DNA of 64,000 bases from Chloroflexota bacterium (GCA_029262695.1 JAJCYV010000004.1:2807-66806); one strand, 5' to 3'. Counted from the first letter of the stretch, positions 9,096 through 18,524 are shown. Notes: generated by a model not told the origin, from the sequence alone. A program made the numbers and translations.

Positions 9096-10024
9096 CCCGC
9101 GCCCTTCCCTGGCGGGCGCTCGCGCTCTTCCTCATCGTCGCCGGCGCCGCCCTCGCGGCCGGCTGCGGCGACGACGCTGATGACGCCTCCACCGAGATCA
9201 ACGTCGTGACGACGCTGCCGCTGTTCGCCGACATCGTCTCGAACGTCGGTGGTGAGCGCGCCGCCGCTGACTCGCTGCTGCCGCCGGGCGCAGACCCGCA
9301 CACCTTCGAGCCGTCTCCCAGCGACGTGCGAAAGATCGCCGAGGCCGACGTCATCTTTGCCAACGGCCTCGGCCTCGAACCGTCAGTCCTGCGCGTGATC
9401 GGCGCCAACATCTCCTCCGACGCCGTTCTCGTCGAGCTCGCCGAAGCGGCGATCAGCGCCGGTGTGTCCACCATTCCGACGACTGGACCGGGGGGCCCGG
9501 ACCCGCACCTCTGGATGGACCCCCGGATCGGACGCGAGTACGCCGCTATCGTCCGCGACACGCTGACCCTCGCCGATCCCGGTGGCGCCGAGGCCTACAG
9601 CGCCAGCTACGAAACGTACGCCGCGACGCTGGACGACACGGCACAGAACATGCGCGACGCTACCGCCGGTGTCCCGCCGGCTGACCGCCTGATCATCGCC
9701 ACGCACGACGCCTTCGGCTACCTGGCGCGCGCGGTTGACTTCGAAGTCGCCGGTTTCGTCGTGCCGGGCCCCGGCCAGGACGCCAGCCCGGCGGAAATCG
9801 CCGACCTCATCACGACGATCGAAGACCTCGGTATCCCGGCCGTCTTCACGGAGCCGCAGACGTCCCTGGAGACGCGGACGTTGGAGCAGATCGCCTCCGA
9901 CGCGGGCGCCGAGGTCTGCCAGCTGTACAGCGATGCGCTGGATGACACCGTCCGGACGTACGTCGAGCTGCTCCGCTTCGACGCCGAAGAGCTGGCGCGT
10001 TGCCTCGGAGGCAGCGGTGGCTGA
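9092..10024 (+). CDS. Zn/Mn ABC transporter substrate-binding lipoprotein (ZnuA/TroA family)
   Basis: Lipobox AAGC; DPHTFEP, DPHLWMDP, THDAFGY, LYSD; GTG start overlaps fur stop. Confidence 0.9.
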   Translation: MTRALPWRALALFLIVAGAALAAGCGDDADDASTEINVVTTLPLFADIVSNVGGERAAADSLLPPGADPHTFEPSPSDVRKIAEADVIFANGLGLEPSVLRVIGANISSDAVLVELAEAAISAGVSTIPTTGPGGPDPHLWMDPRIGREYAAIVRDTLTLADPGGAEAYSASYETYAATLDDTAQNMRDATAGVPPADRLIIATHDAFGYLARAVDFEVAGFVVPGPGQDASPAEIADLITTIEDLGIPAVFTEPQTSLETRTLEQIASDAGAEVCQLYSDALDDTVRTYVELLRFDAEELARCLGGSGG

Positions 10025-10793
10025 GCAGGCAGACAGCCCCACGGCCTGGGCGCTGGACGTCCGCGGCGTCTCGGCCGGCTACGATGCTGACAAAGCGTTG
10101 GACGGCGTCACGTTCCGCATCGAGCCGGGATGTCTCGCCGGGCTCGTCGGTCCCAACGGCGCCGGCAAGTCGACGCTGATCAAGATCATCCTCGGCATGC
10201 TCAAGCCGTGGTCGGGCGAGGTATCCGTCTTCGGACGGGCCGGCAGGCCGCGAGCAGGCCTCGTTAGCTACACCCCGCAGGTCGACCTCGTCGACTGGGA
10301 GTTTCCGGTGACGGTCCGCGACGTCGTCCTGATGGGGCGGTACGGTAAGCTCGGCCTCGTCCGGCGCCCCGGCGCCCGCGACCGCGAGATCGCGGCGTCC
10401 GCCCTCGAACGGGTGCGTCTCACGGAGATGGCAAGCCGCCAGATCGGCGAACTCTCCGGCGGCGAGCGGCGACGGGCGCTGATCGCGCGGGCGCTGACGC
10501 AGCAGGGCGATCTGATGCTCCTGGACGAACCGTTCGCCGGCCTTGATGCCGTGGCGCAACACGACCTGATCAGCCTCTTCCAGAGCCTGGTGGAGGAGGG
10601 TAAGACGCTCTTCATCGCAACTCACGATCTCTCCTGTGTGGACGAGGACTTCGACCACGCGGTGCTGCTCAACAAGCACGTGATCGCCTTCGGCCGTCCC
10701 GCCGACGTCTTCACGCCCGAGTATCTGAACGAGGCCTACGAGCGGCACCTGATGGTCGTGCGCTCGGACCAGTCGACCTATATCGGGATCTAG
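10017..10793 (+). CDS. Zn/Mn ABC transporter ATP-binding protein
   Basis: GPNGAGKST, LSGGE, LLDEPFAGLD, THDL. Confidence 0.9.
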   Translation: MAEQADSPTAWALDVRGVSAGYDADKALDGVTFRIEPGCLAGLVGPNGAGKSTLIKIILGMLKPWSGEVSVFGRAGRPRAGLVSYTPQVDLVDWEFPVTVRDVVLMGRYGKLGLVRRPGARDREIAASALERVRLTEMASRQIGELSGGERRRALIARALTQQGDLMLLDEPFAGLDAVAQHDLISLFQSLVEEGKTLFIATHDLSCVDEDFDHAVLLNKHVIAFGRPADVFTPEYLNEAYERHLMVVRSDQSTYIGI

Positions 10794-10796
10794 GGC

Positions 10797-11651
10797 ATGG
10801 ACGAGATCGTCGACTTCTTCCGCGAGCCCTGGACGTTCGAGTTCATGCGGCGCGGCCTCCTCGCCGCCGCGATCGTCAGCGCCGTGGCGGCGGTCGTCGG
10901 TTCGCTGGTCATCCTGAAGGGGATGGCGTTCATCGGCGACGCGCTTCCGCACGCCAGCTTCGGCGGTGTCGCGGTCGCCTTCGCGATGGGTGAGAACCTC
11001 TACATCGGCGGGGGCATCGCGGCGCTGGTGACGGCGCTGGCGATCGGCTACATCAGCCGTCGCGGCGTTATCCGCAACGACACGGCGATCGGCATCATCT
11101 TCGTCGGCGCCTTCGCGCTCGGCATCCTCATCGTCTCGCGGCAGGACAACTACACCGGTGACCTCTTCTCGTTCGTCTTCGGCAACGTGCTAGCCGTCAG
11201 CTGGAACGACGTCTGGCTGACGGCGGCCGTCGCGGCAGTCGTCCTCCTCGTCGTCTTGCTCTTCTACAAGGAGCTGCTGTTCAACGCTTTCGACCCCACG
11301 ATGGCAGAGGCGTCTGGCCTTCCCGTCGCCTGGATCGAGTACGGCCTGCTGGCGCTGCTGGCGCTCGTTACCGTGATCGCTCTGCAGACGGTGGGTATCG
11401 TGCTCGTCGTCGCGCTTCTCGTGACGCCCGCTGCGACCGCCCAGCTGCTGACGCGCCGCCTTTCGACGATGATGCTTGTCGGTGGCGCCATCGGCGTCGC
11501 CTCGTCCGTCGTTGGGCTCTACGTCGCCTGGCACGCTGACGTTTCCGCCAGCGCGGCGATCGTCCTCACCGCCACGGGCGCGTTCATCGCCGCGTTCCTC
11601 TTCGCGCCGGGGCGGGGCGCTGTCTGGCGCGGCGGCGCCGGCGGGTCGTAG
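10797..11651 (+). CDS. Zn/Mn ABC transporter permease (ABC-3)
   Basis: GDALPHASFGG, DTAIGI, FDPTMA, VGIVLVVALLVTPAATA. Confidence 0.9.
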   Translation: MDEIVDFFREPWTFEFMRRGLLAAAIVSAVAAVVGSLVILKGMAFIGDALPHASFGGVAVAFAMGENLYIGGGIAALVTALAIGYISRRGVIRNDTAIGIIFVGAFALGILIVSRQDNYTGDLFSFVFGNVLAVSWNDVWLTAAVAAVVLLVVLLFYKELLFNAFDPTMAEASGLPVAWIEYGLLALLALVTVIALQTVGIVLVVALLVTPAATAQLLTRRLSTMMLVGGAIGVASSVVGLYVAWHADVSASAAIVLTATGAFIAAFLFAPGRGAVWRGGAGGS

Positions 11652-11663
11652 TAGACTGGGCGC

Positions 11664-12194
11664 GTGTTCAAGGACATCGAAGGTTACCTGCGCTACTATC
11701 GCGGCCTGCACAAGCGGACCCTGCGGGACGTCGGCGCGCTGCCACCGGAGGCCGAGTCCTACAGGCCGGAGACGGGCGAGGGAGAGAACGCCTGGAGCAT
11801 CGGCGAGGTCGTCCGCCACATGTCCGGCTCCCGCCTCTACTTCTCCCGTGCCTATCGTGACGAAGGCTGGTACTTCGGCGACTCGATCCGCGAGTGCGAG
11901 TCGCAGGACGATTGGCTACCGGCGCTGGAGGAAAGCTTCGAGCTGTTCACGGGCCGTCTCGAAGGGACGCCCGCCGAGTGGCTCGATCGCAAGATCCAGA
12001 TGATCGACACCGACGGGACGCTGTCCGGTTGGAGACTCCTCATGATGTGCCTCGAGCACGAGGTACATCACCGCTCGCAGCTCGACACGTACGCCGGTCT
12101 GCGCGGCTGGGAGGTGCCGCAAATCTACGGCCGCTCGGCCGAACAGGTCGGCCTCCAGCGTGAACGCCAGCAGAACTTACACGACGCCAGGTGA
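11664..12194 (+). CDS. DinB family protein
   Basis: [20 protein letters not shown]. Confidence 0.85.
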   Translation: MFKDIEGYLRYYRGLHKRTLRDVGALPPEAESYRPETGEGENAWSIGEVVRHMSGSRLYFSRAYRDEGWYFGDSIRECESQDDWLPALEESFELFTGRLEGTPAEWLDRKIQMIDTDGTLSGWRLLMMCLEHEVHHRSQLDTYAGLRGWEVPQIYGRSAEQVGLQRERQQNLHDAR

Positions 12195-12204
12195 GGAGTC
12201 AGAG

Positions 12205-12519
12205 ATGATCGTAACCACCACTCACGGAGTAGAGGGCAGGCCCGTCAGCGAGTACCTCGGCATCGTCGTCGGCGAGAGTATCATCGCCACCAACATCATT
12301 CGCGACATCGGCGCGACGCTGCGGGACGTCGTCGGTGGTCGCTCAGGAGCCTACGAGAAGAAGATGATCGAGGCCCGCGAGATCGCTGTTCGCGAGATGG
12401 AGGAGCTGGCCCAGGAGAAAGGCGCAGACGCGGTCGTCGGCGTTGATATCGACTACGAAACCGTCGGCAACAACATGATGATGGTCTCGGCCTCCGGCAC
12501 CGCCGTCAAGCTCGGCTAA
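12205..12519 (+). CDS. YbjQ/UPF0145 putative heavy-metal-binding protein
   Basis: MIVTTT...[11 protein letters not shown]...[13 protein letters not shown]...SGTAV; GAGGAG RBS. Confidence 0.9.
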   Translation: MIVTTTHGVEGRPVSEYLGIVVGESIIATNIIRDIGATLRDVVGGRSGAYEKKMIEAREIAVREMEELAQEKGADAVVGVDIDYETVGNNMMMVSASGTAVKLG

Positions 12520-12647
12520 GAGCCCGCTACCCGCCGCAGTCTCTCACAGCGCTCAGCCCGGCTTCTCAGCCCGTAGGGCAGCGCCGTCTTGACAGCGTGT
12601 GCTGGGCGGCATAAGACGGACTTGTCAGTACACCACAGAGCAAGTCC

Positions 12648-12875
12648 ATGCCTGAACAGACTACAGTGGCCCAGATTCGCGAACAGATCGTTGATGCGGC
12701 TATGGCATGCTTCACAGAGCGCGGATACGACCGAACGTCCGTTGATGACATCGCCGCCCGGTCAGGTCTCTCCCCGTCCGAGATCCACGATCATTTCGCG
12801 GACAAGGCCGAGATACGCCTGGCGGTGTCCAGCTTCATGTCGGAACTCCTCTCGGGATGGATGGCGTCGGCCTGA
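12648..12875 (+). CDS. Small TetR-type HTH-only protein
   Basis: REQIVDAAMACFTERGYDRTSVDDIAARSGLS...HFADK; 75 aa; TTGACA at 12589 upstream. Confidence 0.7.
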   Translation: MPEQTTVAQIREQIVDAAMACFTERGYDRTSVDDIAARSGLSPSEIHDHFADKAEIRLAVSSFMSELLSGWMASA

Positions 12876-12909
12876 GGCCGGCCTCGCGCAGTCGTTCTCG
12901 GTCGGGTCG

Positions 12910-13923
12910 CTATTGTGGCTTCATCTCGCTGGAGTGGCCGGGGAACATGCGCGCCTCCGGGTCGATCTTCTGCTTGGCGGCGTTGGAGGCGATGGCTGCC
13001 TGCCCCAACCCCGTTACGATCAGGTTCAGCGGCACGCTGCCTTCGACGGCGGCGATGTCGCCGGCCGCGTAGACGCCCGGCAGGTTCGTCTCCATGAAGA
13101 CGTCCGTGCGGATGTGCCGCTTGTCCACCATCTCGAGGCCCCAGTTGGCGATTGGGCCCAGCGACGCCTTGAAGCCGATGTTGATGAGCACGATATCGAC
13201 GTCCAGCGTCCTTTCCTCGTTCGTGCGGTTCTCGTAGATCGTCGCCGTCTCAATGGCGTCGTCGCCGTCGATGCGCTTCAGTTCCCAGAACGTGTTGATT
13301 GGGATATCGGTCGCACGCAGCTCCGCCAGGTTGGCCTCGAGTGCGCGGAACCCGTCGCGGCGGTGGACGATCGTGATGCTGGCGGCCGAGTCCTTCAGGT
13401 TCAGCGCCCAGTCGACCGCTGTGTCGCCGCCGCCGATGATCAGGATCCGCTTGTCACGCAACGCCTGCTTATCCTCGACAAAGTAGTAGACGCCGTCGTT
13501 CAAGTACTTCTCGACGCCTGGCCGGTCCAGACGGTTGGGCTCGAACGCGCCGATGCCGGTGGAAAGAAGCACCGTGCGCGAGAGGTGTGCGTTCGAGGCT
13601 CCTCCGAGGCGCCAGACCTCCTCGCCGCGCACGTCCTGGCGGGTCAGCGTCTCCACGCATTCGTCAAAGACGTAAGTCGGCTCGAAGAACCGGCTCTGTT
13701 CGACCAGGAGCTTGACGAGGTCTTTCGCCAGCACCCCGGGGTGGCCGGGCACGTCGTAGATGAGCTTCTCGGGGTAGAGGACCGCCAGTTGGCCGCCGGC
13801 CTCGGGCAGCGCCTCGACGATCTTCGTCTTCATGCCGCGCATCCCCGCGTAGAAGGCCGCGAAGAGGCCGGTTGGGCCGGCTCCAATGATCGTAATGTCG
13901 TAGACGTTGTCGTCGTCAGCCAT
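12910..13923 (-). CDS. Ferredoxin--NADP+ reductase, thioredoxin-reductase-like (YumC type)
   Basis: IIGAGPTGLFAAFY, GGQLAVLYPEKLIYDVPG, GGGDTAVDWA, PGHSS; no CxxC. Confidence 0.85.
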   Translation of the reverse strand: MADDDNVYDITIIGAGPTGLFAAFYAGMRGMKTKIVEALPEAGGQLAVLYPEKLIYDVPGHPGVLAKDLVKLLVEQSRFFEPTYVFDECVETLTRQDVRGEEVWRLGGASNAHLSRTVLLSTGIGAFEPNRLDRPGVEKYLNDGVYYFVEDKQALRDKRILIIGGGDTAVDWALNLKDSAASITIVHRRDGFRALEANLAELRATDIPINTFWELKRIDGDDAIETATIYENRTNEERTLDVDIVLINIGFKASLGPIANWGLEMVDKRHIRTDVFMETNLPGVYAAGDIAAVEGSVPLNLIVTGLGQAAIASNAAKQKIDPEARMFPGHSSEMKPQ

Positions 13924-14025
13924 CCCTGTCCCCTTCTCTCATCGGATCGGTCCGGCCCTATCGTACCGATATGACGCGCTTGAGTCTGCCTTGCCGGATT
14001 CCCGCGCCGCTGTTACCTTCCGGGC

Positions 14026-14388
14026 GTGGACCCGATCGACAAGCTCCGCGAGATCTGCATGCAGTTCCCGGAGGCCCACGAGAAGGCGTTCGGCGGCCAC
14101 GATCCGCCTGCCTTCCGCGTCCGCGACAAGATGTTCGCGATGGTGTCGACGGGCGACGGCCACGTCTCCGTCTGGATGAAGGCGGGACCCGGCGCGCAGG
14201 ACGTGCTCGTCGGCGGCGACCCGGAGCGCTTCTTCGTCCCGCCCTACGTGGGCAAGAACGGCTGGATCGGCGTCCGCCTCGACGCCGGCGGCCTGCAGTG
14301 GGGAATGATCGAGGACCTCGTGAGCGACAGCTACCGCATGACGGCGCCGAAGCGGCTGCTCAAGCTGCTCGACGAGGCCGGGATCTAG
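14026..14388 (+). CDS. MmcQ/YjbR family protein
   Basis: AFRVRDKMFA, FFVPPYVGKNGWIGVRLD, SYRMTAPKRL. Confidence 0.85.
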   Translation: MDPIDKLREICMQFPEAHEKAFGGHDPPAFRVRDKMFAMVSTGDGHVSVWMKAGPGAQDVLVGGDPERFFVPPYVGKNGWIGVRLDAGGLQWGMIEDLVSDSYRMTAPKRLLKLLDEAGI

Positions 14389-15938
14389 ATGGTGTCCATG
14401 TATTCGGCGATCGCGTCCAGGTGCACTCCCTTGACCGCGATCTCCGGCGCGTAGACGATCTCGTCCGCCGCCCAGACGAGCGTTGGCTTGCCCTCCCGCG
14501 TGACGCCGGTGACGTCGCCCAGCACTTTCATGATGTTGTCACTGATGCGCAGCGTGTTCGGCATGATCGGCTCGGCCAGGCGTCCGTCCTTGATCACGTA
14601 CGAATCAGCGATCACCGTGCCGGTGAAGTCGCCTGCTCGCAGGCCGTTCACCGGATACGTGTACCAGAGCCGCCCAATGTAGATCCCGTTGCCGGCGAGC
14701 CGGCAGATCGACTCCGTATCCGGGACGTCGCCCGGGATCAGGATGTTCGTCGCGTGGGCGCCGGGCTGCGTGTCGAAGTGGCGGCCGCCGCCCGTGCTGT
14801 AGCGGAAGCCGTTCCGCGGCGCGAAGGCTGCGGGCCAGTCTTTCGGGTCGGCGCCCAGCTTCGCCTTCGCGTCCGGGTCGTTCTGGATGCGCTGCGACTC
14901 GTACCAGTTCGAGAGCAGCCCCACGAGCTTGCCGTCCTTGACCAGCTCCGTGCGGCCCGTCGGCAGCCCCTCGCACGTGATCCCCTTCGAGCCCACGAGC
15001 CCGGCCGCGGCGCCGTCGTCGATGATCGAGAGCTTCGGCGAGGCGACCTGTCCCCCCAGCTTGCCCATGAACGGCGATGCCGCGGCGTAGAAGACGCCCG
15101 TGTCCAGCCCCGGCATCACGATGTGGTGGAGGATCTCCATCACCGCCTCGCGTCCGAAGACGACGTTGTAGTCGCCCGTCGGCAGCCGCACGCCGCCGAT
15201 TCCGGCGATCGCGTTCTGCGCCGCTTCCTTGCCGGCCTCGTCGGTGAAGTCGGCCAGCCGCGTCGCCGCCGCGTAGCCGCTGCCCTTCGCCTTCTCGCGC
15301 TCCACCATGGAGGTGATGAACGACATCACCATCGTCGTCTCGTCCGTCTGCGCCTCGGGCATCGCCGTCGAAACGGTGGCGATGCGCTCGCCGATCAGCG
15401 TCACGTCGCCGCCGACGATCAGGCCCAGCTCAGGCAGCTTCTCCGGCATGTCGACCAGCGTCGAGAGCGTCTCGGACTTCTCGAACACGCGCAGCGCCCC
15501 GTTGACGACCGTCCAGCCGGCGTCCGGCAGCGCGTCGTCCTTCACGTCCATGATCGCCGGGTCGTGGTAGTCCGTGAGTGTGCGCTTCTCGCCGGTCGGC
15601 CGCGGCAGCGACTTGAACTCAGGGTCGTCGGAGGCGCCGCGGCGGGCCTTCTCCAGCGCCGCGCGCACGCCGTCCGGGGTGATGTCGCTCGCCTCGGACC
15701 CGAAGCCGATCTTGCGCCGGCCGCCCTCGCGGAACACCGCCTGCACGCCGATCCCGAAGCTGACAACGGACTTCGGCTCCTCGACGCCGTTCGACGGGAT
15801 GTGCGAGGTGTAGTTGAGCCGCGCCAGCAGCAGGTTGTTCGCCGACGCAAACACCTCCGCCTCCTCGATGTCGTCCTCGCCGCTCAGCAGCGCCAGCCCT
15901 TCCTCGGCCGCCTTCTTCAGCTCATTCAGTGGGATCAT
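14385..15938 (-). CDS. TldE/PmbA-family protein
   Basis: Family-like C-terminus (EGLPTGRTELVKDGKL, GDFTGT) without HExxH; partner tldD upstream on same strand. Confidence 0.8.
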   Translation of the reverse strand: MIPLNELKKAAEEGLALLSGEDDIEEAEVFASANNLLLARLNYTSHIPSNGVEEPKSVVSFGIGVQAVFREGGRRKIGFGSEASDITPDGVRAALEKARRGASDDPEFKSLPRPTGEKRTLTDYHDPAIMDVKDDALPDAGWTVVNGALRVFEKSETLSTLVDMPEKLPELGLIVGGDVTLIGERIATVSTAMPEAQTDETTMVMSFITSMVEREKAKGSGYAAATRLADFTDEAGKEAAQNAIAGIGGVRLPTGDYNVVFGREAVMEILHHIVMPGLDTGVFYAAASPFMGKLGGQVASPKLSIIDDGAAAGLVGSKGITCEGLPTGRTELVKDGKLVGLLSNWYESQRIQNDPDAKAKLGADPKDWPAAFAPRNGFRYSTGGGRHFDTQPGAHATNILIPGDVPDTESICRLAGNGIYIGRLWYTYPVNGLRAGDFTGTVIADSYVIKDGRLAEPIMPNTLRISDNIMKVLGDVTGVTREGKPTLVWAADEIVYAPEIAVKGVHLDAIAEYMDTI

Positions 15939-15966
15939 GCGGGTTCTCCTGTCCGGTTCGTTACAT

Positions 15967-16000
15967 CCGTTCGCCCTGAGCGTAGTCGAAGGGTTTCGTC
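15967..16000. repeat. REP-like palindromic repeat, left arm of inverted pair around GIY-YIG gene
   Basis: CCGTTCGCCCTGAGCGTAGTCGAAGGGTTTCGTC; reverse-complement match at 16321-16353. Confidence 0.8.
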
Positions 16001-16010
16001 CGCATCGCCC

Positions 16011-16301
16011 CTAATCGGTTTTTTCGCGGCTCCTGGCCAGAAGACGGACGCGATCCCAGTTCCCCATTATCATTGCTTCCTTCTTCGCCCTTGACCAGCC
16101 TTTGAGCTGCCGCTCGGCGGCAAGCGCCTCCTGTCGTGTCGGAAACTCCTCTGAGAAGACCAGCCGGACTGGCCTGCGGCCTTGAGTGTATCCGCTGACC
16201 TCGCCCGCGCGGTGCTGGGCCAGTCTACTCTCCAGGTCGTCCGTATGCCCAACGTAGTACGAGTAGTCTACGCAGCGGAGAATGTAGACGTAGAAGCTCA
16301 T
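16011..16301 (-). CDS. Small GIY-YIG nuclease (YhbQ/UPF0213-like)
   Basis: FYVYILRC...YYVGHT..L..R..QH, ERQLKGWSRAKKEA. Confidence 0.9.
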   Translation of the reverse strand: MSFYVYILRCVDYSYYVGHTDDLESRLAQHRAGEVSGYTQGRRPVRLVFSEEFPTRQEALAAERQLKGWSRAKKEAMIMGNWDRVRLLARSREKTD

Positions 16302-16320
16302 GTCTTGGCCCGCCGAGTCT

Positions 16321-16353
16321 GACGAAGCTCTTCGACAAGCTCAGAGCGAACGG
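16321..16353. repeat. REP-like palindromic repeat, right arm of inverted pair around GIY-YIG gene
   Basis: GACGAAGCTCTTCGACAAGCTCAGAGCGAACGG. Confidence 0.8.
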
Positions 16354-16362
16354 CACGGGCGC

Positions 16363-18486
16363 TCATCGCGGCATCGCCTCCGCGCCGCCGCCGACTGTGA
16401 TCACGCAGCCGCTCGTGTAGGCCGAGGCGTCCGACGCCAGCCAGACCGCCGCGTCTGCGACGGCCTCCGGCGGCACCGTCGCCGTGCGGAAGATGCTGCG
16501 CTCGGCGTAGCGGGCCAGCGTCGCTTCCTCCGTCTCGCCGCGGCTCTCGGCGCGCTCCTTGACGAGCGAGCGGAAGAGCGGAGTGTCGATCGCGTCGGCG
16601 TTGATGTAGTTCGCCGTGATTCCGTGGCGGCCCAGCTCGTTCGCGGCGTTGCGCGCGTAGTGCACGAGCGCCGCCTTCGCTGCACCGTAGGCCGCAGCGC
16701 CCTCGCCCGGCGCGAACGCCGCCTTCGAGGCGTTGTAGATCAGCCGCCCGCCCAGGCCTGTCCTGAACCCGGCGCCAGCCGGAGTCGGAGTGGCTTGCGC
16801 GAGCATCACCTGCGAGGCGGCGCGTGTGGCGGCGACCGCGCCCTCATAGTGCACGCTCAGCTGCGCCCGCACCTCCTCGTCCGCCATCTCCGCGACCGGA
16901 TGTAGCCCCGGCGCTACTCCCGGCGAGTAGAACAGCACGTCGAGCCCGCCGAAGCGCAGGACAGCCTCGCGGACGGCGTTCTCCATCGCCGCCGGATCCG
17001 CGGCGTCGGCGACGACCGCGTGCGCTCGCTCCTCAGACGTCTCGTTGATCTCGTCCGCGGCGCTCTCCGCGCCTTCGAGGTCGAGGTCGGCGAGCGTCAC
17101 GTGCGCGCCCTCGGCCGCGAAGCGGATCGCCGTCGCCCGGCCGATGCCGCTCGCCGCGCCGACCACCAGCGCGACCTTCGCGTCCAGCGGCTTCGTTGCC
17201 TTGAGGCCGGTCGCGATCTTGCGCCTCTCCAGCGGCCAGTACTCCATCTCGCAGGCGTCGGCGTCCGATAGCGACTGGAACGCCTCGACCGCCTCTGCAC
17301 CGGCCATCGCCCGCAGCGTCGCCCTGTAGCACGTCGCCGCGACGAGCGCACTGCGCCGGTCCTTCCCCGCGAAGAACGCTCCGACGCCCGGCGCCGCGAT
17401 CACCTTCAGCCAGTCCGGGATCGCCTCGTCCTGCCCATTCGCGGCCAGGTAGCGTTCGTACTCCGCCCGGAAGTCGTGGAAGGCACTGGTGATTTCAGAG
17501 GGTCGGGCTTCAGCCCGACCGGCCTCCGCCGGAAGCACCAGCGGCCGCCGCCCGGCGCGCATGATGTGCTCCGGCGTCATCACGCCGCGCGCCGCCAGCT
17601 CCGCGAACCGCTCCGACGAGACCGCCTCCAGCACTTCCGGCGAATCGTCGAAGGCCAGCACCGTGCGCCAGGAGCCGGTGCGCTGCAGCTCGCCGCGGAT
17701 GATTGGGGCGAGGCGCGCGGCGGCGTCACGGCGTCCCGCGTCGTCGAGCGCGGGCCCAGCGCCGCCGAACGAGCGCTTGTCGCGCCCCGCCAGGTACTCC
17801 TCAGCGCGGCGGATGATCGATAGCAGGTTCGCGTAGCAGCCCTTCGCTGTGTCGCCCCACGTTGTCAGGCCGTGCTTCTCCATCACCAGGCCCGTCGCGC
17901 CCTTCGGGGGGCCGCCGGCGTAGCGTTCGGCCATGCCCGTCGCCAGCGGGAAGCCCGGGCGCAGGTACTCGAGGAACGCGACGTCCGCGCCGTAAACGCG
18001 CTCGACGTTCTCGCGCGCCGACGGCGTATCGCTGAGAGAGAGCGTGGCGACGTCGTGCGTGTGGGCGACGAAGCGCTGCGGGATGATCGAGTGCAGCGGC
18101 GTCTCGACGCTGGGCACCGGGTCGCGGTCCGCGAAGAGCATGCAGGCGCGCATGACCGCCATCATCTCTTCGTCCGAGACCGTCTCGCGTAGGGGCGACC
18201 GGCGGTCGCCCGAAACGGCGGTGGCGGTGCGGAGGGCCGTTGCTAGGCGGTCGCTGGAAAGGTGCGTGAACCCGGCCGCCGTGATCGTGCGCAGGTCCGT
18301 GCCGCTGCCTTTGACCGCCAGCGCCTCCACCCGCTCGCCGAAGACGTCGTCCTCCGCCAGCTTGACGGACGTGTTGCCGCCGCCCGGCTGTACCAGGTCG
18401 ACGTCGGCGCCGATCAGGTTCGAGAGGTAGACGACCTGCGAGATATCGTCCGGGCCGGCGTCATCGTCGCGCCAGAGGTCCTTCAT
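16363..18486 (-). CDS. Bifunctional class II aldolase/short-chain dehydrogenase (RhaD/YuxG-like)
   Basis: GGGNTSVK, VKGSGTDL, PSVETPLH, HTH, EYWPLE; SDR GAASGIG and YGAAKAA. Confidence 0.85.
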   Translation of the reverse strand: MKDLWRDDDAGPDDISQVVYLSNLIGADVDLVQPGGGNTSVKLAEDDVFGERVEALAVKGSGTDLRTITAAGFTHLSSDRLATALRTATAVSGDRRSPLRETVSDEEMMAVMRACMLFADRDPVPSVETPLHSIIPQRFVAHTHDVATLSLSDTPSARENVERVYGADVAFLEYLRPGFPLATGMAERYAGGPPKGATGLVMEKHGLTTWGDTAKGCYANLLSIIRRAEEYLAGRDKRSFGGAGPALDDAGRRDAAARLAPIIRGELQRTGSWRTVLAFDDSPEVLEAVSSERFAELAARGVMTPEHIMRAGRRPLVLPAEAGRAEARPSEITSAFHDFRAEYERYLAANGQDEAIPDWLKVIAAPGVGAFFAGKDRRSALVAATCYRATLRAMAGAEAVEAFQSLSDADACEMEYWPLERRKIATGLKATKPLDAKVALVVGAASGIGRATAIRFAAEGAHVTLADLDLEGAESAADEINETSEERAHAVVADAADPAAMENAVREAVLRFGGLDVLFYSPGVAPGLHPVAEMADEEVRAQLSVHYEGAVAATRAASQVMLAQATPTPAGAGFRTGLGGRLIYNASKAAFAPGEGAAAYGAAKAALVHYARNAANELGRHGITANYINADAIDTPLFRSLVKERAESRGETEEATLARYAERSIFRTATVPPEAVADAAVWLASDASAYTSGCVITVGGGAEAMPR
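16756..16793. repeat. REP-like element inserted in frame in SDR domain
   Basis: GCCTGTCCTGAAC-CCGGCGCCAGCCGG-AGTCGGAGTGG resembles nested unit at 37222-37255; adds ATPTPAGAGFRT. Confidence 0.55.
17501..17520. repeat. REP-like perfect palindrome inside aldolase/SDR CDS
   Basis: GGTCGGGCT-TC-AGCCCGACC, 9-bp perfect arms. Confidence 0.6.
18189..18211. repeat. GTAG-tagged REP inside aldolase/SDR CDS
   Basis: GTAG-GGGCGACC-GGC-GGTCGCCC. Confidence 0.7.
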
Positions 18487-18524
18487 GCGACCCACCAGAC
18501 GGTGTGCGCGTCGCCCTTCGCCAA

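Noticed and set aside
13971..16094. 707-aa plus-strand ORF and other long shadow ORFs (22446-23894, 25602-27101, 36275-37837, 39347-40900, 40925-42661, 50407-52143, 59137-60501)
   Set aside because: Antisense to clearly recognisable genes; Arg/Ala/Gly-rich with no motifs; expected in high-GC DNA.
15967..16353. Conventional IS element
   Set aside because: No DDE, HUH or serine transposase and no evident target-site duplication; reported instead as a REP-flanked nuclease.
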